From: Acidobacteriota bacterium
GTDB taxonomy: Bacteria; Acidobacteriota; UBA6911; RPQK01; JADFOI01
Assembly (NCBI GenBank): GCA_036338435.1
Contig: JAYZCG010000026.1
Span: 8,465 to 72,464 of the forward strand
Direction of reading: 5' to 3'
DNA: 64,000 bases
Made by a program: the position numbers and the translations under genes
Notes under the pieces: generated by a model
The model's input: the letters and a program-made list of their open reading frames with translations, nothing else
What the model was told of the DNA's origin: nothing
Databases searched by the model: none
In this document: positions 9,693-19,987 of the stretch, piece after piece
How the letters are laid out: the number at the start of each line of letters is the position of its first letter
How positions within the stretch are numbered: the stretch's first letter is position 1

Positions 9693-11888
9693 TCAAAAAT
9701 CGAACGAATGGGTAAGCTTAATCGCAAAGGAACGATCCATACTACTGGGACGGCCGCTTCGATCACGGAAATCGTTGAGGACAATAAAAAGGTCATCTCC
9801 TGGCCGATAGATGTAGTTGAGCCTAATACTGTAGCCAACAAGGTCACTGGAGCTATTGTACTGGATGCGCGTGCTGGTCAGCCATTTTCGACTAAGGGCG
9901 ATGTTGACGCCACTGTTGATTTGGTGGAAGGTCTCGAGTTCTCCACCCAAAAGACCGATCTGGTTGAGGGAATAGTCAACTTCAGCGGAGATCTGGCTAT
10001 TCAACTTGAAAACTGGACCCATGGTCCAGAGGTGGCGACGACCGCCTTCTCCGTAGTAGTCCATTTCGTATCGGTAACCAATCTGGCCACTTACCATGCG
10101 AGCAGGGTTTAGACTGTAAGTCAACGGGAAATACCACCAACTGTAACGTCCTTTTGGAACCGATAAATTGCCAGGTAGGCGGAGCGGTTCAAGCAGGTTT
10201 TCTGTTTCGTGGTGAGGAGCTAATCTAATCCAACTCCCATTCTCAAAGAAAATAGAGTAATTAAAATGGTGAATTCTGGTTTCCAGCTCATTAGTAGATA
10301 CTCTTTGGAAGTCCTCTAACCGATAGGAAAAGTTGAATCGGCGAATAATGTCACTTTCAGGACGAGGTGTGTAGGCAAATCTTGACTCTAATTTACGTGT
10401 TCCTTTGCGCTCGATGAAGCCCAGGTCTGAGTCGAAATTATTCTGAAGGTGGGTATAGCTAAATCCTGCATCGATCAAATCATCTTTCCAACTTATGGAA
10501 CCAATTCCAATCATTTGATTGTCGTCGACCCCATCGGTGAAGGAACTTCCAATAAGACCCGTTATTTGTAGATGTTCCAAAAGTGTAAAATTTTGGTCAA
10601 TACCGATTACTCGGTTGTAGTCGCCATCTTCAGCTTGTCGGTTAGTGAAAAAGAATCCCAGATTGGAGCGGGCAAGAATGTCTCGTTTTAGACGAAAAAC
10701 AGCAAAATTGTCCCCCGGTCTATCTCCAAAATTATCGGTTTGAGCTTCTAAAAAACCCACGGTGAATTTTTCGCCAAGTTTTCCAGTTATCTTGGCTCCG
10801 GCCAACATGGGGATTTCCGTTCCCCGGTTAGAAAGCCCAATCCGACGGCTATGGTACAACTTGATTTGAGGGCGGCCTTCACCCCGAAAGATACCAAATT
10901 CAAAAATGCCGGCACCCTCCAGAAAAAATTCTCGCTTTTCAGGAAAGAAGAGAGGGAAACGCTCGAAATTTATAATCTGGTCGTCCACTTCGGTTTGGGC
11001 GAAATCTGTGTTGAGGGTTAGATCTAGAGTTAGACCCGAAGTAACAGCGTATTTAAGATCTTCCAAACCAATATCACCTAGGAAGTTTGTGTTTCGGTTA
11101 TTTGTTCCGCGTGTCAGAATTCGGGTTCCTACGTAAGGTTTGATTCGGAGACTTAGCGTGCTTTCAACATCGGTCATTCCGTAGAGATGGCCAGCCTGTG
11201 ATACCTGCTCAAAAGTAAAGCTTCGGCTGAAGTTATTCCAGTAGCTCGATTCGTTTTTGCGTTTAATGATGCGCTCAAAATCGGCACCGAAGACTACATC
11301 GCCATCAGAGCTAGAGAATCGGATAGAACTGAGAGGAATTCGGATTTCGGCCGACCAACCGTTCTCATCAATTATGGCTTGTGCTTCCCATTTTTCATCC
11401 CAACTAGAATTTATATCTCTTCCCTCATCTGTAACCAGGGCATCATACTGGGTGCCCCTAGGGTTGATTCGGAATAAAAAGGCATTACGATGATCATGAA
11501 AGGTATCCAGAATAACTCCGAAGCTGTCATCGTTTTCAAACTTGTTGTCGCGCCGTAACTCGGTGGCCAGAATCCCCTCTACCTGAGAGTCAAAGCACGT
11601 AACTCCGAAGTAGATGTTTTCGTTGTCGTATAGAACACGTACTTCCGTCCGCTCCGTAGCAGGGGCCCCCTCATCGGGATCCTTTTGTGTGAAATCAACA
11701 ACCCTTTCTGCCGTACTCCAGGCCTTTTCATCAAGGAGTCCATTCATACTGATTTCCTCCCCAATCTTGGTCAGGCGCAGAGATTTACCATGCTGTAAAG
11801 TAACTGAGTCCTGTTGTGCTGTGACGTTTGATTGGACTATGGTCAGAGAACACAGGACGAGTAGGATAGATGTTTTTTTCAATTGCAA
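9693..11888 (-). CDS. Large secreted protein with N-terminal CBM9-like/DOMON-like domain (DUF5916-like)
   Basis: 731 aa with a signal peptide (MQLKKTSILLVLCSLTIVQSNVTAQQ). N-terminal block VVDFTQKDPDEGAPATERTEVRVLYDNENIYFGVTCFD resembles CBM9-like domains. The rest is beta-rich. Family call from memory only. Confidence 0.35.
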   Translation of the reverse strand: MQLKKTSILLVLCSLTIVQSNVTAQQDSVTLQHGKSLRLTKIGEEISMNGLLDEKAWSTAERVVDFTQKDPDEGAPATERTEVRVLYDNENIYFGVTCFDSQVEGILATELRRDNKFENDDSFGVILDTFHDHRNAFLFRINPRGTQYDALVTDEGRDINSSWDEKWEAQAIIDENGWSAEIRIPLSSIRFSSSDGDVVFGADFERIIKRKNESSYWNNFSRSFTFEQVSQAGHLYGMTDVESTLSLRIKPYVGTRILTRGTNNRNTNFLGDIGLEDLKYAVTSGLTLDLTLNTDFAQTEVDDQIINFERFPLFFPEKREFFLEGAGIFEFGIFRGEGRPQIKLYHSRRIGLSNRGTEIPMLAGAKITGKLGEKFTVGFLEAQTDNFGDRPGDNFAVFRLKRDILARSNLGFFFTNRQAEDGDYNRVIGIDQNFTLLEHLQITGLIGSSFTDGVDDNQMIGIGSISWKDDLIDAGFSYTHLQNNFDSDLGFIERKGTRKLESRFAYTPRPESDIIRRFNFSYRLEDFQRVSTNELETRIHHFNYSIFFENGSWIRLAPHHETENLLEPLRLPGNLSVPKGRYSWWYFPLTYSLNPARMVSGQIGYRYEMDYYGEGGRRHLWTMGPVFKLNSQISAEVDYSLNQIGLLGGELETFHQINSGVNIALSRKWLTSTRIQYNSSSDLVGYSIRLNYIYRPGDDLFIVLNDFRDRSGRPSSMDRSFAIKLTHSFDF

Positions 11889-12111
11889 CTTAGTGCCCCC
11901 TCATGTGACTTGTTTTTACCGTTCAGAGTATACAGGAATAACTCATACTCTGAGATAATGGACTTGATTACAGGGGACAATATGTATGATCGTTATGTTA
12001 ATTAGTTTCAAGAATAATGGACTATTGTGAGATGCACTAGAACGCTATTACCTGACTGCAATTAGCCGTTATATGGAGTGACGTTATAATGCACACAAGT
12101 TAGAGTAACCG

Positions 12112-13281
12112 ATGAAAAAAGTACCTTTTGCAGATCTTGGAGCTCTCCATGGGGAGATGCGTGAGGAAATTGACACTCTCATTGCTGAGATTATTGATCA
12201 ATCTAGTTTTGTTGGTGGGCCCTATGTCGAGGGTTTTGAAGAGAGTTTTGCAAGTTACTGTGGTGTACGCTTTGCAGTTTCCTGTGCTAGTGGGACCGAT
12301 GCTTTGAAACTAGCGCTTATGTCAGTTGGCATAGGTTCCGACGAAGAAGTGATTACGGTTCCCCATACTTTTGTCGCTACCATCGAAGCGATTATCGCGG
12401 TTGGAGCTCATCCAATTTTTGTAGATATAGAGGATGATACTTACAATATTTCAGTGGAGCGGTTGGGAGAATTTTTGGAGGAAAAGTGTCTGGTCCAATC
12501 GGATGGACGCCTGAAAAATAAAGTTTCCGGTCGTTTGGTAACCGCCCTTCTTCCAGTTCATCTTTACGGCCTTGCTGCCGATATGGAGCCAATTCTCAAC
12601 TTGGCTAATAGATTTAACTTGAAGGTTATTGAGGATGCAGCTCAGGCTCATGGTGCGCTTTATTTGATAGGTGGCAAGGAAAAAAAAGTCGGAACATTTG
12701 GAGAAGTTGGAGCATTTAGTTTCTATCCAGGAAAGAATTTAGGAGCTATGGGAGATGGTGGAGCTATTGTCACAGACGATCCTGAACGGGATCGCCGAAT
12801 GCGTATGTGGCGCGATCATGGCCAAAGCGAGAAATATTTTTATCTTTCATCACGCGGTTGGAATATCAGACTAGATGCTATGCAATGTGCGGTGTTGAAT
12901 GCGAAGTTGTCCAGACTGGATGCCTGGAATGATGGGCGGCGACAAGTTGCCGGGTGGTATCGGAAAAGACTTCAGGATGATCGTATCATTCTTCCTATTG
13001 AGCCTTCTGGACGAAAACATGTTTACCATGTGTTTGTAGTACGTTTGTCAGATCGGTTCAATGTTCGTAAAAAGTTATCAAACTGTGGGATACAGACCGG
13101 GCTGCACTACCCAATTTCACTGCATCTACAAGAAGGATATAGTTATCTAGGATATCAACAGGGGGATTTCCCGGAAGCTGAGGCAGTTGCGGAATCGATA
13201 CTATCTCTTCCAATGTTCCCGCACATGACTGAGGAACAAGTCGATTATGTGTGTGAGAATCTACTGTCGGGACTTTCTTAG
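12112..13281 (+). CDS. DegT/DnrJ/EryC1/StrS family PLP-dependent sugar aminotransferase
   Basis: 389 aa. Conserved FSFYPGKNLGAMGDGGAIVT block carrying the PLP-lysine. Confidence 0.75.
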   Translation: MKKVPFADLGALHGEMREEIDTLIAEIIDQSSFVGGPYVEGFEESFASYCGVRFAVSCASGTDALKLALMSVGIGSDEEVITVPHTFVATIEAIIAVGAHPIFVDIEDDTYNISVERLGEFLEEKCLVQSDGRLKNKVSGRLVTALLPVHLYGLAADMEPILNLANRFNLKVIEDAAQAHGALYLIGGKEKKVGTFGEVGAFSFYPGKNLGAMGDGGAIVTDDPERDRRMRMWRDHGQSEKYFYLSSRGWNIRLDAMQCAVLNAKLSRLDAWNDGRRQVAGWYRKRLQDDRIILPIEPSGRKHVYHVFVVRLSDRFNVRKKLSNCGIQTGLHYPISLHLQEGYSYLGYQQGDFPEAEAVAESILSLPMFPHMTEEQVDYVCENLLSGLS

Positions 13282-13320
13282 TCAGCAGTAAGGATCATTT
13301 TTCTGTAGAATAAAATAGTT

Positions 13321-14022
13321 ATGAAATTTGTGAAGACAGGTGCTCCAAAGCCGACTGCAGAATATTTGCAACCGACAGAGTTCTTTGATTTCGAAATGGC
13401 TTCTGTTCGGGAATTTGTGGAAGATGTGACCCGTCCAACTCAAACTGATGTTGAGAAGGCAATCAGCTTATACTATGCGGTGCGCGACACCATCCGCTAC
13501 GATCCTTATCGGGATAAGCTTGATTGTGAATCCTACAAGGCGAGCAATTTACTAGCTGTCAAAGCAGGGTTTTGTCTTCCCAAGGCCAACCTTCTAGTGG
13601 CCACAGCGCGAGCTGTTAAGATCCATGCAGCCATCGGGTTGTCAGATGTGATCAACCATCTTTGCACCGAACGACTTCGAAACATCATGGGAGGCAAGGA
13701 CCTTTTTATCAACCATGGTTATGCCGTTCTCTATCTGGGAGGACACTGGGTCAAAGCTGCACCGGCTTTCAATATTGAACTATGTGAGCGGTTCCATGTG
13801 ATGCCGACCGAGTTCGATGGTAAATCTGATGCTCTCTTTCAGCCGTTTGACACTAAGGGGCGTCTTCATATGGAGTACGTTCGTGACCATGGAATCTGGT
13901 CAGATTTCCCTTTTAATCAAGTGGGAGAGGACTTCTGCAATTATTATCCTGACAGCTTTTGCAATGCGGACACGTCGATTGCAGCCCAACCAAAATTTGA
14001 CGAAGAACAGCCATTGGGCTGA
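13321..14022 (+). CDS. Transglutaminase-like cysteine peptidase family protein
   Basis: 233 aa. GFCLPKANLLVA (Cys) and HGYAVLYLGGHWVKAAP (His) are consistent with a transglutaminase-core Cys-His-Asp arrangement. Confidence 0.45.
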   Translation: MKFVKTGAPKPTAEYLQPTEFFDFEMASVREFVEDVTRPTQTDVEKAISLYYAVRDTIRYDPYRDKLDCESYKASNLLAVKAGFCLPKANLLVATARAVKIHAAIGLSDVINHLCTERLRNIMGGKDLFINHGYAVLYLGGHWVKAAPAFNIELCERFHVMPTEFDGKSDALFQPFDTKGRLHMEYVRDHGIWSDFPFNQVGEDFCNYYPDSFCNADTSIAAQPKFDEEQPLG

Positions 14023-14084
14023 TTTGATGTGAATTGGATGTGTGTTCTCTGCTATCCAATGTGGTTTTAGCTATAGAGTCTCGC

Positions 14085-15887
14085 CTATGCTTCTGGTTTG
14101 CGGAGATCCGCGATCATGTCTTGTACCTGCGGTGAAGGTGGTGGGAAAAAAGGAGTTAGTAGGAAAGTTGTCCCAAAGTTGAGTAGCATTCCCACCGCTC
14201 CGATACCTTGGGGGCCAATTCCAAAGCACCAGTTAGACATCCCTCCATAGACACTTGCAATGATGTAGTAGGCAGTGAAAGTGATTCCAACGACCATGCC
14301 AGTTGTTGCAGGTATCGTTCCAATGCGTTTGGAAAAAATCCCTAACACCAGAGCTGGAAAGAAACTAGAGGCTGCCAACCCAAAAGCAAAGGCCACTACT
14401 TGGCTAACAAATCCTGGAGGAAAGATTCCAAATAATCCTGCAATCACGACGGCAAAACTAATGACTATTCGGCCTACCAACAGCCGACGGGATTCGCTAG
14501 CAACTGGATTAATAATACGATAATAGAAGTCATGTGCTACGCTGGATGAAATCACGAGTAGTAGACCACTGGCGGTGGAAAGAGCTGCTGCCAGACCCCC
14601 AGCTGCGACTAGAGCAATAATCCAGTTAGCCAGTTCTGCCATTTCAGGAGTTGCGAGTACAATAATATCTCGATCTGGGCCAACTAGGTTCAATTCGCGA
14701 AGTACTTGTCTTCCGTCTGTTCCCTCAGAGCCGTTAGTATCTATCCATTGTTGGTGTTCTGTCCTAATTGTGGAAAAGTGTGTCGAGGCCAACTGACCTC
14801 TGCGAAATATTTCATTTTGGCTAAACTGATCTGGGTTTTCTGTGCCGTAGTATTCCACCGTGTTGTCACCATCATCTAACCACACGATGAGACCTGTTTT
14901 TTCCCAGTTGTCGAACCAGCTCGGAAGTTCTTGAGTACTCTTGCCGTGCAGACTTTGGATCATGTAGTAGCGGGCAAATGAAGCGGTAGCTGGTGCGGTA
15001 AGGTAGAGCAGAGAGATAAAAAAGAGAGCCCAAAATGCACTCCAGCGCGCAGCCTTAACTGTTTTTACCGTATAGAACCGGACGATTACGTGGGGTAGCC
15101 CAGCTGTTCCTACCATAAGGGCTAATACCGCACAAAAGACATTAATTCTGTCCCAGCTACCAGTAAAAGCTTCTGTATATGAGGTGAACCCCAGATCTGT
15201 GTGAATCTGATTCAGCTTGTCCAAAAGGTATATCCCTTCACCTAGCAGATTGCTGCCCATTCCAATTTGGGGTATCGGATGTCCAGTGAGACGAATGCTG
15301 ATAGCGATGGCGGGAATTAGAAAAGCTGTAATTAAGACCCAGTATTGTGCTACCTGAGTCCAGGTAATTCCCTTCATTCCACCTAGGGCGGCGTAGATGA
15401 AGACAATGACCATACCGATTGTAACCCCAACATTGATGTCTACTTCCAGGAATCGAGAAAAGACAATCCCTACTCCCCGCATTTGTCCGGCTACATAGGT
15501 AAAGCTTATAAAGATGGCACACAAAACTGCAACTAGCCGAGCCATATTAGATTCGTAGCGGTCTCCGATAAAGTCAGGAACCGTATAATGGCCAAATTTT
15601 CTCAGGTAAGGTGCCAGTAGTAGGGCAAGAAGTACATAGCCCCCGGTCCAGCCCATCAAGTACACGCCACCGGCATACCCCATAGTGGCAATAAGTCCTG
15701 CCATGGAAATGAACGAGGCAGCGCTCATCCAATCGGCCGCCGTGGCCATGCCATTTGCAATAGCTGGTATTCCGCGTCCGGCTACATAGAATCCTTGGGT
15801 GTCGCGTACGCGAGAAAGCCACGCGATGATGAGATACAAACTAAAGGTGATACCGACAAACAGAAATGTCCAGTACTGAATACTCAT
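14085..15887 (-). CDS. Sodium:solute symporter (SSF), VC_2705-like subfamily, with a large hydrophilic insert
   Basis: 600 aa. Polytopic, SSF-type N-terminal helices. Hydrophilic insert of about 100 aa (…YYGTENPDQFSQNEIFRRGQLASTHF…). Paired with the upstream DUF4212-like small gene. Confidence 0.7.
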   Translation of the reverse strand: MSIQYWTFLFVGITFSLYLIIAWLSRVRDTQGFYVAGRGIPAIANGMATAADWMSAASFISMAGLIATMGYAGGVYLMGWTGGYVLLALLLAPYLRKFGHYTVPDFIGDRYESNMARLVAVLCAIFISFTYVAGQMRGVGIVFSRFLEVDINVGVTIGMVIVFIYAALGGMKGITWTQVAQYWVLITAFLIPAIAISIRLTGHPIPQIGMGSNLLGEGIYLLDKLNQIHTDLGFTSYTEAFTGSWDRINVFCAVLALMVGTAGLPHVIVRFYTVKTVKAARWSAFWALFFISLLYLTAPATASFARYYMIQSLHGKSTQELPSWFDNWEKTGLIVWLDDGDNTVEYYGTENPDQFSQNEIFRRGQLASTHFSTIRTEHQQWIDTNGSEGTDGRQVLRELNLVGPDRDIIVLATPEMAELANWIIALVAAGGLAAALSTASGLLLVISSSVAHDFYYRIINPVASESRRLLVGRIVISFAVVIAGLFGIFPPGFVSQVVAFAFGLAASSFFPALVLGIFSKRIGTIPATTGMVVGITFTAYYIIASVYGGMSNWCFGIGPQGIGAVGMLLNFGTTFLLTPFFPPPSPQVQDMIADLRKPEA

Positions 15888-15919
15888 TTTCTATGGTGTG
15901 TAGCGTTGTAGATAGGATT

Positions 15920-16234
15920 TTACTTTCGGAATTGGTTTAGTTTTGTTGAGTATTGTGTGTCGAGACGGTTTAACAAGATGGCATATACTAGGATCAACAG
16001 GACGAAAACAAGGATGCTACCTTGTTGTGCAAACCAAAAACCCAGGGGGAATCCGCCCAGATTATAATTATTGAGCAGGTCTGTGATGAGTACTCCGCAT
16101 CCTAGCCCGACCACTGCCCAGATAATCAGCAGTACGGTTGTAATAAGTATATTCTTGTACCAGTAACGGCCGATGGAATTACCTACACGCGAATCATGAA
16201 TGTCAGTTTGCGTAGAGACCTTGTTTGGGCTCAT
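15920..16234 (-). CDS. Small two-TM membrane protein (DUF4212-like), partner of the SSF symporter
   Basis: 104 aa with two TM helices. Immediately upstream of the symporter with a 32-bp gap. This is the known conserved pair architecture. Confidence 0.55.
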   Translation of the reverse strand: MSPNKVSTQTDIHDSRVGNSIGRYWYKNILITTVLLIIWAVVGLGCGVLITDLLNNYNLGGFPLGFWFAQQGSILVFVLLILVYAILLNRLDTQYSTKLNQFRK

Positions 16235-16407
16235 AAAAATTCTAATTTACTCCAAAATACAGACTTGACGGGCGATCTTACTCCATGAGATCGCTGGACA
16301 CAAATGGAGAAGACAGAAAGGGTCTACGGACTGCCTTGAAACCCTTTGCCCAGCTGGATTGTTGATTTTTTAATTGATAAGATAAGTGAACCGCAGAGCT
16401 TAACTAT

Positions 16408-18303
16408 TTGGAGGGCAAAATGATACGCAAATACTTAGTCAGTTATCTACTGTTTCTGTTATTTGTCACTGTCGGATTTTCTCAAGCAATCCCAAAGTTA
16501 GTGTCCCAACAGGGTTATGCCGATACTATTATTGTCAATGGGAAAATTGTGTCGATGGACGACCGCAGTATTGTCCCTGATACACCTGGACACATATACC
16601 AAGCTATGGCCATAAAAGGTAAAAGAGTTATGGCATTGGGAAACGAAGCAGAGATACGACAGCTTGCGTGGCATAACACTCAGGTGTTGGATGTGGGTGG
16701 AAAAACAGTTATTCCTGGTCTGGTTCAGACCCATTACCATACTTTCACTAGTGCTGGGGCTATGCATGGACCGAAGGTTGGGCTCCTAGATCCTAGTGTG
16801 AAGTTGACTGTGGAGGCCGAGAGTACTCCAGAGGCCACCGCTAAGAAACTAAGGGATGTATTAGTTAATGCGATCGAAACACGGAGTATTTCTGAGGGAA
16901 CATGGATCACTGTTTCATTGAATGAATCTAGGGAGAATCCTCCAGGTACAGCACGGACTTGGCTTTATCTTGGACGGCTTAACAAAAGACAGATCGATGG
17001 GGTTACGCCAAGCCATCCTGTGTTGGTAACAACCCGTCTTCAGGGAATTTTTAACAGTGCAGCCGTCTCAGAATTGAGTGCCGTTTTCCCCGATTGGGAG
17101 GAAAGCACTGATTTGGAAAATCGTCCGGGGGCTGGTAATGACGGCTATGCAGCTGTTCCCGAGATTCACGGTATGAGTTGGGAATACTGGTGGAGAAATG
17201 AGCCAATTGACAAGTTGGCTGAAACTCTATGGTTACGGGGCCAGGATGTGATCGCTGAAGGCATCACCACTGTTGCTACCCGGATTTTATTTCCGAGAGT
17301 AGTTGCTGCTTACCACCATCTTAACCGAGAAGATAGACTGCCCCATCGATTGGCCTACTATATTGAGTCGCAAAGAGGGAACTTTTGGAACCTGAAATCG
17401 ATACATGAATTCTATAAGGGATACGGAGCCCCTTGGACAAGTCATTCCAGTGGTGGAGAAATGATGTGGCTTAACGGTATGTGTAATGAAATTTGGGATT
17501 CAATTTACAATGAAGTGTGTTTGGGGCCAGATATGCCGAATGCTCCTGCCGATATTAAGGCCCGTGAGAGGTGTCCAGCTCCAGGCACGAAACCATGGGA
17601 GTCCTATAAGGAGGCAATTGTGCATGGTTGGCGTCCTGTTCAGGGTCATGCCACATCCAGTCATGGAGCCCGGCTTTATGTCCAAATGTTAGAACAGGCA
17701 ATGGAAGAAGGTGGTTATTCGGAAGAGTATATTCGGAGTCTTAGAACTACCATTGAGCATAATATTCTGTTGGGAAATGTTCCCGATGTCATGGAGGGGA
17801 TTAAAAAGTACGGGATCATTATCAATGTCAATATGGGGATGTTGGCTGGTGTTCCGCAGAATATTAAGGATTATGGTGAGGAACTTGAGTCCTTTGCAAT
17901 GCCGGTCAAAACTTGGATCAATGATGGAGTGAGGGTGACTTTCGAAGCGTCAGGAACCGATTTTTGGACTCCAATTCATACATTGATCACTCGACAAGTA
18001 CAATTGAGGCCTGAGATTGGAGGTGCTGAATCTGATGTCCCTTTGGGCAAAGTAGTTCTTCTCCCCGAAGAAGGGGTAGATCGGGTTACCGCCCTCAAAA
18101 TGGCTACAACCTGGGCATCTGAATACATGCTTGCCGAGGACACTATCGGTACCTTGGAGCCTGGAAAATATGCTGATTTTGCTGTCTTGGATAAGGATTT
18201 TTTCTCTATTCCGGTAAATGAGATTCCGAATTTGGAAGTTATTGCTACCGGCCTTAGTGGTGAGGTGGTCTATGGACAAGATCAATTAAATTCTGGGAAT
18301 TGA
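16408..18303 (+). CDS. Secreted metal-dependent amidohydrolase family protein
   Basis: 631 aa. Signal peptide. HYH metal-binding motif (VQTHYHTF). Confidence 0.6.
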   Translation: MEGKMIRKYLVSYLLFLLFVTVGFSQAIPKLVSQQGYADTIIVNGKIVSMDDRSIVPDTPGHIYQAMAIKGKRVMALGNEAEIRQLAWHNTQVLDVGGKTVIPGLVQTHYHTFTSAGAMHGPKVGLLDPSVKLTVEAESTPEATAKKLRDVLVNAIETRSISEGTWITVSLNESRENPPGTARTWLYLGRLNKRQIDGVTPSHPVLVTTRLQGIFNSAAVSELSAVFPDWEESTDLENRPGAGNDGYAAVPEIHGMSWEYWWRNEPIDKLAETLWLRGQDVIAEGITTVATRILFPRVVAAYHHLNREDRLPHRLAYYIESQRGNFWNLKSIHEFYKGYGAPWTSHSSGGEMMWLNGMCNEIWDSIYNEVCLGPDMPNAPADIKARERCPAPGTKPWESYKEAIVHGWRPVQGHATSSHGARLYVQMLEQAMEEGGYSEEYIRSLRTTIEHNILLGNVPDVMEGIKKYGIIINVNMGMLAGVPQNIKDYGEELESFAMPVKTWINDGVRVTFEASGTDFWTPIHTLITRQVQLRPEIGGAESDVPLGKVVLLPEEGVDRVTALKMATTWASEYMLAEDTIGTLEPGKYADFAVLDKDFFSIPVNEIPNLEVIATGLSGEVVYGQDQLNSGN

Positions 18304-18433
18304 TCCAGCTCTTTACACAGGAGATAAATAACAAAGCGGCAGTACGTAATCCCGTTTTGGTGAATGCTCGCTAGTCTAAGGAGTGGAGTTAGGGTTGAAG
18401 TAGTCGAATTTGCTTGTGTCCGAAAGTTCTAGG

Positions 18434-19495
18434 TCAGTTTTTTACATTCTCTGTGAAGTTGACCATGATGTTGGCAACTTCCAGCGGATACTCGTGGTAC
18501 GGGGCGTGTCCACATTGATTAAAAAAATGGAGTTGGGCATTGTCGACGGACTTGCTGATTACCTGAAAAAGCTCCGTTGCCATCTCGTGTGTAGCTGAAG
18601 GATCGTTATAGCCCCAAAGAACTAAAGTGGGGATTTTAAGCTGACCCGAAGCGAGCATCTCCAATGTTGAGTCCTTGACTTCATATAGCCACCATCCCGT
18701 GCCTGAATTGTTGGCAAGGGCCGGTCTAGCCTCTACCTTTTCAGAGTTGAGATCAACGAAGCGCTTTCTGAGTGTTTCCAGTCGTTCCGCTGCCTGTCGT
18801 ATTTTTGGATGTAGTGCGACCTCCAGTTGGGCCTCAATATAATCACTGGTGATATAGGCTTTATTATAGACGTTAGGATTGGCTAGAAGACTTGCCTTAA
18901 TAGATTCCTTAGTGGGAGGTGGCCCAAGAGGGCGAAGATTTGGAGTTGAAGGGTTAGGATCTCCAGGAGCTAAGGTATTGCTGTCGAATATTGTCAGGGT
19001 TGTGATCAATTCAGGATGATCCATAGCAATGCGGGCAACAGGCAGACCACCCCTGGAGTGACCAACCAGATGGACACCGTGTAAGCCGAGTGTTTCTATG
19101 AAACGATGGATATGCTGGGTGGTGGCTTGCATTGAATAGCCGGAGTCCTTTTTGGGATTGTCGGTCAATCCCATGCCCAGTTTATCGACTGCATAGACAT
19201 GAAAAGACTGCGACAGTATAGGAAAAATTGGCATGAACCCGATAGCTCCCCCGGCCATCCCGTAGTGTCCGCCATGGACTAGAATCAATGGTTCTCCGGT
19301 CCCTCCTTCAAAATAGCGAGTTTTAATGCCGTCGATGTCTATGAATTTAGACTCGCCCATTGGCTGACTCACGCCTGTCACTGTCGAGCAGGTGATGATA
19401 ATCATTAGTAGTGTTGTAACAGTGGCCATGGTTGTCGCTAGGTCTTGAAAAGCTTTTTTTGAAAGTTCCACGGAGTACCTCCTCAGGGAAAGCAT
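18434..19495 (-). CDS. Alpha/beta hydrolase fold protein
   Basis: 353 aa. HGG oxyanion motif (LVHGGHYG). Nucleophile elbow GHSRGG. Likely signal peptide if it starts at the internal MATVTTLLMIIITC. Confidence 0.6.
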   Translation of the reverse strand: MLSLRRYSVELSKKAFQDLATTMATVTTLLMIIITCSTVTGVSQPMGESKFIDIDGIKTRYFEGGTGEPLILVHGGHYGMAGGAIGFMPIFPILSQSFHVYAVDKLGMGLTDNPKKDSGYSMQATTQHIHRFIETLGLHGVHLVGHSRGGLPVARIAMDHPELITTLTIFDSNTLAPGDPNPSTPNLRPLGPPPTKESIKASLLANPNVYNKAYITSDYIEAQLEVALHPKIRQAAERLETLRKRFVDLNSEKVEARPALANNSGTGWWLYEVKDSTLEMLASGQLKIPTLVLWGYNDPSATHEMATELFQVISKSVDNAQLHFFNQCGHAPYHEYPLEVANIMVNFTENVKN

Positions 19496-19705
19496 ACATA
19501 GGGCTAAGAGTAAAATAAAGGCTTCGCATCAGATCCAAGTTGGTATTTTTAGATTCAGATTCCGAGAGTTTAGATTTGTAGACGAGAACATTAAGAATCT
19601 TGCAATTCGAGATCTGTGGGTACTAAAGTGAGTATGTTGCTTACGAACTGGTTGTTACAAATCAGTTCCGTTTGACACTACGTATGAGTTTGGAGGTGAG
19701 TCTTT

Positions 19706-19912
19706 ATGAGGGCAGAAAACTACCGAAAAGAAAAAAAAGAAGTACGGGGCAAGACGGTAAATGTGACCAGTTATAAAATTGGGGAACGTTATTTTTGTCA
19801 CATAGACAATGTGAATCCTGGGGTGACCATCGCACGCACTCAAGGAGCTTCAAGGGAGGAGGCCCAGCAGTTAGCCCTTCAAAAGGTTTATGAAAGATTC
19901 GAAATATACTAG
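19706..19912 (+). CDS. Small hypothetical protein (68 aa)
   Basis: Strong RBS GGAGGTGA 8 nt before the ATG. Basic/charged. Sits 75 bp upstream of the HEAT-repeat gene on the same strand. Confidence 0.4.
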   Translation: MRAENYRKEKKEVRGKTVNVTSYKIGERYFCHIDNVNPGVTIARTQGASREEAQQLALQKVYERFEIY

Positions 19913-19987
19913 ATAGACCACGAACTTTCTGAGCCGAGTCAGAGGCGTCTGTTAGTCTGAGGAGGTCCCGGAAGGAGCTAGATCATT

